Shown here: in pieces, positions 34,395-45,254 of the stretch
Layout of the letters: the number at the start of each line of letters is the position of its first letter
How positions within the stretch are numbered: position 1 is the stretch's first letter
NCBI GenBank assembly: GCA_937871935.1
Contig: CALMQI010000096.1
Coordinates: 1,397 to 65,396 of the forward strand
Origin: an uncultured Burkholderiales bacterium
Lineage (GTDB): Bacteria; Pseudomonadota; Gammaproteobacteria; Burkholderiales; Burkholderiaceae_C
Length of the DNA: 64,000 bases
Direction of reading: 5' to 3'
Program-made: the position numbers and the translations under genes
Notes under the pieces: generated by a model
Databases searched by the model: none
What the model was told of the DNA's origin: nothing
The model's input: only the letters and a program-made list of their open reading frames with translations

Positions 34395-35863
34395 TGGACT
34401 TGCAGGCCACGAGCGTGACTAGGGCAGACAGCCTGCGCGAGGCGTTGCGGCGGCTCGATGCCGCAGGCACCGGCGTGCTGCTGTTGCAGCAACCCGATGG
34501 CACGTTCGAGCGGACGGTAACTGACGGCGATATCCGCCGCCTGCTGCTCGATGGCGCCACGCTGGACGACAGCCTCGAGCGGCTGGCGCGCATCCGTTCG
34601 GTGGTCATCCAGTCCGGACAAGCCAGCCAGGATGCGCTCGAATTGATGAACACCCACTCGATCAACCATCTGCCGGTGGTCGACGGGCAGGGGCGTGTCG
34701 TGCGCCTGCTCGACCGCAAGGAGATCGACGAGCAGATCCTGCTGTCCTCGCCGCATCTGGGCACGCATGAGCGCGAATTCGTCGAAGAGGCCTTCCGTAC
34801 CAACTGGATCGCGCCACTCGGCCCCAACGTCGACGCATTCGAGCGTGAGCTGGCCGATGCGGTGGGCATCGGACACGCTGCTGCGGTCAGCTCGGGCACG
34901 GCGGCCATCCACCTGGCGCTGCTGCTGCTGGACGTCAAGCTGGATGACGTCGTGTTCTGCTCGGCGCTCACCTTCGCGGCGAGTGCGAATCCGATCGTCT
35001 ATCAGGGTGCCGAGCCGGTGTTCATCGACTCCGATCCGCAAAGCTGGAACATGTCCGCCTCGGCGCTCGAAGTGGCGCTGCGCGACGCCAAGGCGCGTGG
35101 CAAGCTGCCGCGCGCCGTGATCGTCGTGAACCTGTACGGCCAGAGCGCCGATATCGATCCGCTGGCTCTGTTGTGCCGACAGTACGGCGTGCCGATCATC
35201 GAGGACGCCGCGGAGTCGCTGGGTGCGCGCTACAAGGGCCGACCGAGTGGCACCTTCGGGCAGATCGGCGTCTATTCGTTCAACGGCAACAAGATCATCA
35301 CCACGTCCGGCGGCGGCATGCTGGTGTCCGACGACGAGGCCTTCGTGAAGCGGGCGCGGTTCCTGTCTACGCAGGCCCGTGAACCGGCGCTGCACTACGA
35401 GCACAAGACCATCGGCTACAACTACCGCATGAGCAATATCCTGGCCGGTGTGGGCCGCGGACAGCTCAAGGTGCTGGGCGAGCGGGTGGCGGCCCGGCGC
35501 AAGGTGTTCGATCGCTACCGGTCCGCGCTGGCGGACTGCCGTGCGCTCAGCTGGATGCCGGAGCCCGAGTGGAGCCACTCCAACCGGTGGCTAACGGCCT
35601 GCACGATCGACCCGCGTCAGATCGGCATGAGCAGCGTCGAGATCATCAAGCAGCTGTCACTCGAGCGCATCGAGGCCCGGCCGGTCTGGAAGCCGATGCA
35701 GATGCAACCGGTGTTCGCCCAATGCCGCTACTTCAAGCACGACAGCCGTTCAGTGTCACAGGAGCTCTACGAGCAGGGCCTGTGCCTGCCCTCCGGCTCG
35801 AATCTCGGAGAGCGCCAGCAGGACCGCGTCATCGAGGCTCTGGCCGCACTGCTGCAGCGCTGA
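34391..35863 (+). CDS. CBS-pair domain fused to DegT/DnrJ/EryC1 PLP aminotransferase (LegC/PglE-like)
   Basis: 490 aa. Residues ~1-115 look like tandem CBS motifs (...LMNTHSINHLPVVDGQGRVVRLLDRKEI). Residues ~120-490 are an aminotransferase (SSPHLGTHEREFVEEAFRTNWIAPLGP...YSFNGNKIITTSGGGMLVS). Confidence 0.75.
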   Translation: MMDLQATSVTRADSLREALRRLDAAGTGVLLLQQPDGTFERTVTDGDIRRLLLDGATLDDSLERLARIRSVVIQSGQASQDALELMNTHSINHLPVVDGQGRVVRLLDRKEIDEQILLSSPHLGTHEREFVEEAFRTNWIAPLGPNVDAFERELADAVGIGHAAAVSSGTAAIHLALLLLDVKLDDVVFCSALTFAASANPIVYQGAEPVFIDSDPQSWNMSASALEVALRDAKARGKLPRAVIVVNLYGQSADIDPLALLCRQYGVPIIEDAAESLGARYKGRPSGTFGQIGVYSFNGNKIITTSGGGMLVSDDEAFVKRARFLSTQAREPALHYEHKTIGYNYRMSNILAGVGRGQLKVLGERVAARRKVFDRYRSALADCRALSWMPEPEWSHSNRWLTACTIDPRQIGMSSVEIIKQLSLERIEARPVWKPMQMQPVFAQCRYFKHDSRSVSQELYEQGLCLPSGSNLGERQQDRVIEALAALLQR

Positions 35864-35872
35864 GTCCGCAGC

Positions 35873-36424
35873 TCAGGCCCGTTTGCAGCGGGCCAGTGCT
35901 CCGCCGGCCCGGTCCTTGTCCGACAGCACGTAGGCCTTCTTCGGCGCAGGCCAGCGGACGCCGATGTCCGGATCGTCGTAACGCACGACGCGCTCGAATT
36001 GCGGCGCGTAGTAGTCGGTGGTCTTGTACAGGAAGTCGGCGCTGTCGCTGGTTACCATGAAGCCGTGTGCGAAGCCCTCGGGGATCCACAGCTGCCGTCG
36101 GTTCGACTCGCTCAGCTCGACCCCGACCCAGCGGCCGAACGTGGCCGACCCGTCGCGTAGATCGACCGCCACGTCGAACACGCTGCCGCTGACCACACGC
36201 ACCAGCTTGGCCTGGGCATGCGGCGCTCGCTGGAAGTGCAGACCCCGCAGCACGTCGCGGCCCGAGCGCGAATGGTTGTCCTGCAGGAACTGAACATGGC
36301 GACCGACCGCTGCATCGAAATCGCGCTGATTGAATGTTTCGCAGAAGAAGCCGCGCTCGTCGCCGAAGACCTTCGGTTCGAGCAGAAGCACGTCGGGCAG
36401 TGCGGTCGGCACGACCTGCATCAA
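35873..36424 (-). CDS. rmlC: dTDP-4-dehydrorhamnose 3,5-epimerase
   Basis: 183 aa: [23 protein letters not shown]...LRGLHFQ...[18 protein letters not shown]. Confidence 0.95.
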   Translation of the reverse strand: MMQVVPTALPDVLLLEPKVFGDERGFFCETFNQRDFDAAVGRHVQFLQDNHSRSGRDVLRGLHFQRAPHAQAKLVRVVSGSVFDVAVDLRDGSATFGRWVGVELSESNRRQLWIPEGFAHGFMVTSDSADFLYKTTDYYAPQFERVVRYDDPDIGVRWPAPKKAYVLSDKDRAGGALARCKRA

Positions 36425-37311
36425 TAGGCCTTCTCGTTCAGCACCTTGATCAGGTACTGGCCGTAGCCGCTCTTGGCCAGTGGCCGCGCCAGGGTCTCGA
36501 GCTCACGCGCGTCGATCCAGCCATTGCGAAACGACACTTCCTCCGGACAGGCCACCTTCAGCCCCTGGCGCTTCTCGAGCGTGGCGATGAACTGGCCAGC
36601 CTCCATCAGGCTGTCGTGGGTGCCGGTATCGAGCCAGGCGTATCCGCGCCCCATGATCTCGACCTCCAGCTGGCCCTGTGACAGGTAGCGCGCGTTGACA
36701 TCACTGATCTCGAGTTCGCCGCGGGCGCTGGGTCGGATCGACGCTGCAATGTCGCAGACCTGCCGGTCGTAGAAGTACAGGCCGGTCACGGCGTAGTGGC
36801 TCTTCGGCATCTTGGGCTTCTCTTCGATCGACAGCGCTCGCTGCCGGGCATCGAACGCCACCACGCCGTAGCGCTCGGGGTCGTTCACGTGATAGGCGAA
36901 GACCGTCGCACCTTGGTCGCGCGCGGCCGCGCGCTTGAGCAGGGATTGCAGATCGTGGCCGTAGAAGATGTTGTCGCCGAGCACCAGCGCGCTCGGTGCG
37001 TCGCCGACGAATGTCTTGCCGAGAACGAACGCCTGCGCCAGCCCGTCGGGACTGGGTTGCACGCAATAGGCCAAGTTCAACCCCCACTGGTGACCATCGC
37101 CCAGCAGGGCTTGGAAACGCGGTGTGTCCAGCGGCGTGCTGATCAGCAGGATGTCGCGAATGCCCGCCAGCATCAGCGTGCTCAACGGGTAGTACACCAT
37201 CGGTTTGTCGTACACCGGCAGCAACTGTTTGCTGACGGACAGCGTGGCCGGATGCAGCCGCGTTCCTGCGCCGCCGGCCAGGATGATGCCTTTGCGTGGA
37301 GAGTTCACCAT
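36421..37311 (-). CDS. rmlA: glucose-1-phosphate thymidylyltransferase
   Basis: 296 aa: [38 protein letters not shown]. Confidence 0.95.
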   Translation of the reverse strand: MVNSPRKGIILAGGAGTRLHPATLSVSKQLLPVYDKPMVYYPLSTLMLAGIRDILLISTPLDTPRFQALLGDGHQWGLNLAYCVQPSPDGLAQAFVLGKTFVGDAPSALVLGDNIFYGHDLQSLLKRAAARDQGATVFAYHVNDPERYGVVAFDARQRALSIEEKPKMPKSHYAVTGLYFYDRQVCDIAASIRPSARGELEISDVNARYLSQGQLEVEIMGRGYAWLDTGTHDSLMEAGQFIATLEKRQGLKVACPEEVSFRNGWIDARELETLARPLAKSGYGQYLIKVLNEKAY

Positions 37312-37317
37312 GACGTG

Positions 37318-38214
37318 TCAGCGTCCGTGCACCTCGGTCAGCATGCGCAACACACCGGCGCACCAATGCGGCATTGTGAGGTCGAACGCCTGCTGCAACC
37401 GGCCAGTGTGCAGGCGAGAGTTCAGCGGGCGACGGGCAGGCGTGGGGAAGGCATTCGTCGGCACCGGCATCACGGCGTCGGGCGCCACTTTCATGGCGAG
37501 GCCCTGTCGGCGAGCCCACTCGATGACCATCGTGGCATAGCCGTGCCAACTGGTCTCACCGGCTGCCACGGCGTGGTAGGTGCCGGCCAAGGCTGGGTTG
37601 CGCGCGGCGATGCGAAGCGCGTGCGATGTCACGTCGGCGAGCAAATCGACACCGGTTGGCGCGCCGATCTGGTCGTCGATGACCGTGAGCCGTTCGCGCT
37701 CGCCGGCCAGCTTGAGCATCGTGCGCGCGAAGTTCCCTCCGCGGGCGGCGTACACCCAGCTCGTGCGGAAGATGAGATGTCTGCAGCCGCTGGCACGCAC
37801 GAGCTGTTCGCCCTCGAGCTTGGTACGACCGTACACGTTCAGCGGTCCGGTCGGCGCGTCTTCCCGCCGGAACTCCTGTCCGCTACCGTCGAATACGTAG
37901 TCGGTGCTGTAGTGCACCAGCCAGGCGCCGCGGGCGGCCGCTTCGCGCGCCAGCACCGCCGGCGCGGCGGCGTTGAGCGTGCGCGCCAATTCGGGCTCGG
38001 CTTCGGCCCGATCGACGGCCGTGTGCGCCGCCGCGTTGACGATGACGTCGGGAGTCAACGAGCGCACGGTGTCGGCCAAGCCATCCGGTCGAGCGAAGTC
38101 GGCATGGTGCTGCGGGCTGTCGAAATCCAGTGCCACCAGTTCGCCCAGCGGTGCCAACGAACGTTGGAGTTCCCAGCCCAGCTGACCGTTGCAGCCGAAC
38201 AGCAGAATCTTCAT
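37318..38214 (-). CDS. rmlD: dTDP-4-dehydrorhamnose reductase
   Basis: The start [17 protein letters not shown] is at 38214, in an ATGA overlap with the rmlB stop. The upstream in-frame extension of the listed ORF is rejected. Confidence 0.9.
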   Translation of the reverse strand: MKILLFGCNGQLGWELQRSLAPLGELVALDFDSPQHHADFARPDGLADTVRSLTPDVIVNAAAHTAVDRAEAEPELARTLNAAAPAVLAREAAARGAWLVHYSTDYVFDGSGQEFRREDAPTGPLNVYGRTKLEGEQLVRASGCRHLIFRTSWVYAARGGNFARTMLKLAGERERLTVIDDQIGAPTGVDLLADVTSHALRIAARNPALAGTYHAVAAGETSWHGYATMVIEWARRQGLAMKVAPDAVMPVPTNAFPTPARRPLNSRLHTGRLQQAFDLTMPHWCAGVLRMLTEVHGR

Positions 38215-39284
38215 GTTGGATCCGACGCCGCGCTGTACTGGCGATCGACCCACTCGCGGTAAGCGCCGCTCTGCACGTGTGCCACCCAGTCCGGGTTGTC
38301 CAGATACCAACGTACCGTCTTGCGAATGCCGCTCGGGAAAGTCTCGGTGGGGCGCCAGCCCAGCTCGCGCTCGATCTTGCGCGCATCGATCGCATAGCGC
38401 CGATCGTGGCCCGGGCGGTCCGTCACGTGCGTGATCAGGTGGCCGTAAGGTCCGGCGGGGCTTGGCCGCAGTTCGTCGAGCAATGAGCACACGGTCTGCA
38501 CGATGTCTCGGTTGGGGATTTCGTTCCAGCCGCCGATGTTGTAGGTCTCTCCCACGCGTCCCCGCTCAAGCACAGTGCGGATGCCGCTGCAGTGGTCGCG
38601 GACGTAGAGCCAGTCGCGTACGTTCATGCCGTCACCGTAGATCGGCAGCGGCTCGCCGGCCAGCGCGTTGACGATCATCAGAGGAATCAGCTTCTCCGGG
38701 AAGTGATAGGGACCGTAGTTGTTTGAGCAGTTGGTGGTCAGCACCGGCAGGCCATAGGTGTGATGCCAGGCGCGCACCAGATGATCGCTGGCTGCCTTGC
38801 TGGCCGAGTAAGGGCTGTTGGGCTGGTAGGGATGTTCTTCGGTGAAGGCCGCATCGGTCGGGCCGAGGCTGCCGTAGACCTCGTCGGTACTTACATGGTG
38901 AAACCTGAACTGAGCCCGGACGGCGGCAGGCAAGGTGCCCCAGAAGGCGCGTGCCTGCTCGAGCAGCGAAAAGGTGCCCTCGACATTCGTGCGCATGAAG
39001 GCCCCGGGCCCGTGGATGCTGCGATCGACGTGGCTCTCCGCGGCGAAGTGAACGACGGCGCGCGGCCGGTACTCTGCGAACAGGCGCCCGACGAGTGCCG
39101 CGTCGCAGATGTCGCCCTTGACGAAGACATGGCGCGTGTCGCCCCGCAGCGCTGCCAGATTCTCCAGGTTGCCGGCATAGGTCAGCGCGTCGAGATTGAT
39201 GACAGGCTCGTCGCTGTGTGACAGCCAGTCGAGGACGAAGTTGGCGCCGATAAAGCCGCCGCCACCGGTGACGAGTATTGCCAT
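38211..39284 (-). CDS. rmlB: dTDP-glucose 4,6-dehydratase
   Basis: 357 aa: [15 protein letters not shown]...[11 protein letters not shown]. Confidence 0.95.
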   Translation of the reverse strand: MAILVTGGGGFIGANFVLDWLSHSDEPVINLDALTYAGNLENLAALRGDTRHVFVKGDICDAALVGRLFAEYRPRAVVHFAAESHVDRSIHGPGAFMRTNVEGTFSLLEQARAFWGTLPAAVRAQFRFHHVSTDEVYGSLGPTDAAFTEEHPYQPNSPYSASKAASDHLVRAWHHTYGLPVLTTNCSNNYGPYHFPEKLIPLMIVNALAGEPLPIYGDGMNVRDWLYVRDHCSGIRTVLERGRVGETYNIGGWNEIPNRDIVQTVCSLLDELRPSPAGPYGHLITHVTDRPGHDRRYAIDARKIERELGWRPTETFPSGIRKTVRWYLDNPDWVAHVQSGAYREWVDRQYSAASDPT

Positions 39285-39290
39285 GGCCGA

Positions 39291-40424
39291 TTAATGCTTC
39301 GCCAGCGCCGCCCGCTGACGCCAGGAGTGCCGCAGAAAGACAAACGCCATCAGCACCAATGCCGTGGCGAGCGTCGTGGCGAGCGCCACGATGGCCCGCT
39401 TGGGCTTGCTCTTCCGTTCAGGTGTCGTGGCGGCGTCGACCACCTGGATCAGGGCGCCTTCGCGGCTTTCGTCTACGCGCGCCATTTCGTATTGCCGTGC
39501 GAAGAGCTCGAAAAGCGTCTCCTGGTACTTGAACTCGCGGTACTTGCCGACGTAGTCCGGCCCCCCCGCCGTATCGCCGGCCTGCTCCAGCCGGGCCAGC
39601 TGCGAGCGCAGCGCAGCCACCGTCGCTTGCTGCTGGCGCACCTCGGGTGTGTCGTCCACGAGCGTGCCGCGCATGGTCTGCAGCCTGACCTCCGCCGAAG
39701 TGACTTCGGCCTTGAGGCGGGCATAGCCTTCCGCAGCTGCCTTCGGCTCGGCCTTGATGGCACCTTGGCTGAACCCGCTGGCTTGCAGGGCCTGCTGGGC
39801 CACCGTAAGCTTGTCGCGGGTCTGGGCCAGCTGCCGCTCGAAGAACAGCCGCCGCTGTTGAGCCTCGGTAATCGCGATCGATCCAGTCAGGCGCCGCAGC
39901 TCCTCGACGTAGCGATTGGCAATCTCAGCCGAGCGCTGCGGATCCTTGTCGTCGACCTCGACAGTGATCAGGCCATCCTTCTTGCCCACCGCGACTCGTA
40001 CGTTGGCGCCCAGAGCCTTGCGGGCGTCAACGCGGAACTTGGCCTCGTAGACGTCCATCAGCTTGAATTGATCGACGATGCGATCGGACACGGTGGCGCT
40101 TTGCAGCAACGATACGTACTGGTCGGCCGGCGTGCGGATCGTACCCGCACTGGCTAGGCCGGCAAGCGGCCCCAGAGCCGCCAACGCAGATGCCGCGGCG
40201 CTCTGCTGCTGCTGCGGCGGCAGGAAAGTGGTGGTCGCGGTGAACGTCGGCGCCATCAGGTAGGTGATGGCAAATGCCGCCAGCCCTGCCAGCAGCGGCG
40301 CCGCAAACAGCAGTTTCAGGTGGCTACCCAGAATGGACAGGAGCTCGAAGAAGTCGAGGCCACCCTCGTCCGCATCGGGCGCCAGCCGCGCCTCGAGACC
40401 CTCGGTGGGCAGATCGCTGCGCAT
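39291..40424 (-). CDS. polysaccharide co-polymerase (Wzz/chain-length-determinant family), no kinase domain
   Basis: 377 aa. It has an N-terminal TM (LLFAAPLLAGLAAFAITYLMA), a long coiled-coil-like periplasmic region, a Pro/Lys-rich motif (TPERKSKPKRAIV) and a C-terminal TM. Confidence 0.75.
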   Translation of the reverse strand: MRSDLPTEGLEARLAPDADEGGLDFFELLSILGSHLKLLFAAPLLAGLAAFAITYLMAPTFTATTTFLPPQQQQSAAASALAALGPLAGLASAGTIRTPADQYVSLLQSATVSDRIVDQFKLMDVYEAKFRVDARKALGANVRVAVGKKDGLITVEVDDKDPQRSAEIANRYVEELRRLTGSIAITEAQQRRLFFERQLAQTRDKLTVAQQALQASGFSQGAIKAEPKAAAEGYARLKAEVTSAEVRLQTMRGTLVDDTPEVRQQQATVAALRSQLARLEQAGDTAGGPDYVGKYREFKYQETLFELFARQYEMARVDESREGALIQVVDAATTPERKSKPKRAIVALATTLATALVLMAFVFLRHSWRQRAALAKH

Positions 40425-40426
40425 TG

Positions 40427-42424
40427 CTATCGCGTCGCCGCCACGATGCCCGCCACGCCGAGGCCGAACTGGTACAGGATCTGCGTCCAGTCCTTGGCGC
40501 CCTGCACGAAGGTGACCTTGTTGATTTCCTCCGGCACGAACACCGTGTCGCCCGGCTCGGCGCGCACAGCGGCAAGGTCGCGCTTGCTGAACCAGCCGCC
40601 GCCCTGCGGCGACGACACCACGCTGCCATTGGCGCGGATGACGAATACGCTGCCTTGATCGGCACCTCGAGTCGGCCCGCCGGCCAGGTTCATGTAGTCG
40701 TCGATGTTGCGATTGCCCGAGTACAGGTAGCTGCCGGCGTTGAACACGCTGCCGAAGACGCCCACCGTCGTCGGCCGCGGCGGCACGTAGAGGCGGTCGC
40801 CGTCCTCCAGCGCCAGCTCGGGCAGGTCGGAGCTGTCAGGGCGCAGTTGCAGCACCACCCGGCCGGTCGGCCGGATGGCGCGCAGCCGCTCCACCAGCCG
40901 AGTGGTGCCCGCCGCCCGCGCCGTCGACGCCGCCGCCTCGTCGGCAGTGCTGGTCCGTTGGGTCGCGGTCGAGCGGGCGAACTCGGTTTCCAGGTCGCGC
41001 AGCGCGCGATCATAGTTGTCCTGCTGCGTCATGCGTACGCTCTCGCGGCTGAACTCGGTGCCGAAGATATAGGCGCCCGGCGTCAGGCCGCCGGCGGCGG
41101 CCAGTGCGTCGGCGACGGTGGATTCCGGCGGCAGCACGAATTCGCCCGGGCGCACCACCTCGCCCTCGACGCGCACCCGCTTGTTCTGACGTTGCACCGG
41201 CTGTGCGACCGCCGTGCTGTTGAATGCGCGCAACACGTCGCCGTTGCGCAGCGGCGACGCGATGCCCTTTGGCAGCTCGATCTGCGTGATGCGCACGGTG
41301 GCGCGGTCGTCGAGCCGCTCGATGGCGAGCCGCGTGGTGTCCGCCACTGCCGAGAAGCCGCCCGCCATGCGCAGCAGGTCTTCCGCCGTTTCGCCTTGCT
41401 TGAGCTCAAAGATTGCCGGCTGGTTGACGCTGCCAATCAACGCCACCTGCGGTCCGACCGGGCCGACGTAGATCACGTCGTCGGCGGTTAACGGTCGGTC
41501 GGCCGAGCGGTCGCCCTTGAGCAGCAGGTCGTACAGGTCGAATGACGTCACCACCTCACGGCCGCGGCGCAGCTGGATGTTTCGAAAGCTCCCCGCCGCA
41601 GAGGGGCCACCCGAGCGCATCAGCGCATTCACCAGCGTCGACAGGCTCGACACGGTGATGCTGCCGGGCCGGGCGACGAATCCCGCCACGTAGACGCGAA
41701 TGCCGCGCAGCTGCCCGACCGACACGCTGATCTGGAAGTTCTTGAACACTTGCGCCACGCGACGGCCGATCACGTCGGCCAGATCGGCCTGACGGATGCC
41801 GGATACGACGATGGTGCCTACTCGGGGCAGCGAGATCCGCCCGGTTCGATCGACCAGCAGGCGCAGGTCGGCGTCGACCGAGCCCCACAGCGAGACGATC
41901 ACCTCGTCGCCGGGCTGCACCAGGTAGTCCTGGGGAACCTGCGGGTTGAAATCTTGGGCTTCGAAAGGCGACTGCGCGCCGGTCATCAGGTCGGCGCCAA
42001 ACCGGCGGATCGGGCTGTACAGCGGCGCATTGGCCAGCTTCTGTACGTACAGCTCGAACTCGCCGGGCACATAGATTGGTGCACCGGGAAACAGCGGTTG
42101 AAACGGGTCTGCGCCCGGCGCGCTCGGCTGCCCATTGTTGAATGGTCCGCCCTGGTACTGCCCGTTCTGCTGTTGGCCGCCGGATTGCGGACTACGCTGC
42201 TGCTGCCCTGTGTTCGACTGGCCGGTCGTCGACTGGCGCAGGCGGATGGCGCCACCGGTCGGCTGGCCCAATGAGCCTGACTGGCCGTACTGTCCACTGT
42301 TGCCTTGCGGGTCGGTCTGGGCAGGGGTGATTTGTGCCACGGCCGCAAGCGTGAACGTCGCCATCGCGCCGCCGGAAAGCAGACGTCGGAAACATGACGA
42401 TGAGAACCAACAAGACATGAGCAT
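40427..42424 (-). CDS. outer-membrane polysaccharide export protein (OPX; Poly_export + multiple SLBB domains) with Gln/Gly/Asn-rich N-terminal linker
   Basis: The start is taken at the MLMSCWF... signal-peptide-like segment (42424). The Poly_export core is GDEVIVSLWGSVDADLRLLVDRTGRISLPRVGTIVVSG, followed by several beta-grasp SLBB-like repeats. Confidence 0.75.
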   Translation of the reverse strand: MLMSCWFSSSCFRRLLSGGAMATFTLAAVAQITPAQTDPQGNSGQYGQSGSLGQPTGGAIRLRQSTTGQSNTGQQQRSPQSGGQQQNGQYQGGPFNNGQPSAPGADPFQPLFPGAPIYVPGEFELYVQKLANAPLYSPIRRFGADLMTGAQSPFEAQDFNPQVPQDYLVQPGDEVIVSLWGSVDADLRLLVDRTGRISLPRVGTIVVSGIRQADLADVIGRRVAQVFKNFQISVSVGQLRGIRVYVAGFVARPGSITVSSLSTLVNALMRSGGPSAAGSFRNIQLRRGREVVTSFDLYDLLLKGDRSADRPLTADDVIYVGPVGPQVALIGSVNQPAIFELKQGETAEDLLRMAGGFSAVADTTRLAIERLDDRATVRITQIELPKGIASPLRNGDVLRAFNSTAVAQPVQRQNKRVRVEGEVVRPGEFVLPPESTVADALAAAGGLTPGAYIFGTEFSRESVRMTQQDNYDRALRDLETEFARSTATQRTSTADEAAASTARAAGTTRLVERLRAIRPTGRVVLQLRPDSSDLPELALEDGDRLYVPPRPTTVGVFGSVFNAGSYLYSGNRNIDDYMNLAGGPTRGADQGSVFVIRANGSVVSSPQGGGWFSKRDLAAVRAEPGDTVFVPEEINKVTFVQGAKDWTQILYQFGLGVAGIVAATR

Positions 42425-42645
42425 CGGGATCAGACCGGCGTGGCGCAGACGGGCGTTGTGGCCCGCGAACAGCCCAGCAGGGCCGGATCGCGCGTCCCCG
42501 GCGTCGATCGGCCGCGATTCTATGCTGTGCACTTGCTCGCCTTGGTCCGGGGGCACCAAGCACGCGCATCGCCGCGCCGGGATGTTGATCGCCGAACTTC
42601 ATCAAGCGGGGTGCCTTAAGCGCCGTGCGGGATAATCCCCTCCTG

Positions 42646-44109
<1,464 letters not shown>

Positions 44110-44123
44110 TCGGCCGCGGCGGC

Positions 44124-44528
44124 GTGCGCGCCGGATTGGCTCAGCTTCTCTCGGTTCGCCATTGGCGAGGCCTCTTTTGGGTGGCCGTCGTCGCCGGGGT
44201 GATGCTGGCGCTCTGGCCCGCGCCCGAGCATCCTCGGCCCTGGTTTCCGCAGGCCGACAAGGTGCAACATGGCGTGGCTTTCGCGGCGCTGGTCGGCCTC
44301 GGCTGGCTGGGCGAACTGCGTCCGCTGGTGCGTCTGTGCCTTGGCCTGCTGCTGCTGGGCATCGCCATCGAGGTGGCGCAATCCTTCACCGCGACGCGCA
44401 CCGCCGAGTGGGCCGACCTGTTGGCCGATGCAATCGGTATCGTTGTCGGTGCGCTCGGCGCGGTCTGGGCTCAGCGGCGTTCAACCGGCCTGCCAGAGAA
44501 AGACCGCGGGCAGCCGGTTGTCGATTGA
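44124..44528 (+). CDS. VanZ-family membrane protein
   Basis: 134 aa, hydrophobic. The DKVQHGVAFAAL...EVAQSF...DLLADAIGIVVG pattern matches VanZ-like proteins. Confidence 0.6.
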   Translation: MRAGLAQLLSVRHWRGLFWVAVVAGVMLALWPAPEHPRPWFPQADKVQHGVAFAALVGLGWLGELRPLVRLCLGLLLLGIAIEVAQSFTATRTAEWADLLADAIGIVVGALGAVWAQRRSTGLPEKDRGQPVVD

Positions 44529-45254
44529 CGCAACTTCGGTCGCGCGCTGCCACTCGCGCACCGAGCGTGTGCGGCACCACCCCTGCGGCCAGGTCAGTGC
44601 ACAGGCCACGCACAGGCGCGTCGTCGGCTGCAGGTGCGCGATCAGCGCCGCCAGCAACGCACCGTTGCGATACGGCGTCTCGATGGCGATCTGCGTCTGC
44701 CGCGCCCGGCGCGAGTGCGCGTCGAGTTCGCGGATGCGCGCCGCGCGCTCGGCGTCCCTGACCGGCAAGTAGCCGACGAACGCGAAGGCCTGTCCGTTCA
44801 GGCCACTGGCGGCGAGTGCCAACAGCGGCGCACTGGGCCCGGGCAAAGGCTCCACCGTCAGGCCGGCTTGGTGGGCTGCGGTCACCAGCGCGGCGCCCGG
44901 GTCGGCGACGCCGGGTAGTCCCGCCTCGCAGAGCAGGCCGACGTGTGCGCCGGCGATGGCCGGCGCCAGCAGTGCCCGTATCGCGTCGGCGGACGTCGCG
45001 CTCTTGGCAGAGGGCAGTGCACGCAGGTCGAGCTCCTGGATCGGTCGCGCCAGTGGTGTCACAACGCCCACGCGGTTCAGGAAGGCGCGCGCTGACTTCG
45101 GGTTCTCGACCAGCCAGTGAACCAGACCGGCCGCGCGCTGAATGACAGGCAAGGGCAGCGCCTGCTCGAGCAGCAGCGGCGCGTCCGCGCCGAAGTCCAG
45201 CGCGTTGGGGACGAGCACCAGCGCGCCGCGCGGCGCAGGAGGGTCGGCACTCAC
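44481..45254 (-). CDS. SAM-dependent methyltransferase, tetrapyrrole-methylase (RsmI-like) fold
   Basis: GTG 45254 forms a GTGA overlap with the maf stop. The core is GLLCEAGLPGVADPGAALV...PLPGPSAPLLALAASGLNGQAFAFVGYLP. Confidence 0.65.
   Translation of the reverse strand: MSADPPAPRGALVLVPNALDFGADAPLLLEQALPLPVIQRAAGLVHWLVENPKSARAFLNRVGVVTPLARPIQELDLRALPSAKSATSADAIRALLAPAIAGAHVGLLCEAGLPGVADPGAALVTAAHQAGLTVEPLPGPSAPLLALAASGLNGQAFAFVGYLPVRDAERAARIRELDAHSRRARQTQIAIETPYRNGALLAALIAHLQPTTRLCVACALTWPQGWCRTRSVREWQRATEVASIDNRLPAVFLWQAG

Noticed and set aside
37318-38490. N-terminal extensions of listed ORFs: rmlD to 390 aa, lepA from 57031, OPX from 42559, GT at 9455, aminotransferase at 12122, fabD at 48577, era at 60838, recO at 61635, among others
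   Set aside because: The conserved N-termini begin at internal ATG/GTG codons. These typically overlap the upstream stop (ATGA/GTGA), and the extensions run through the preceding gene.
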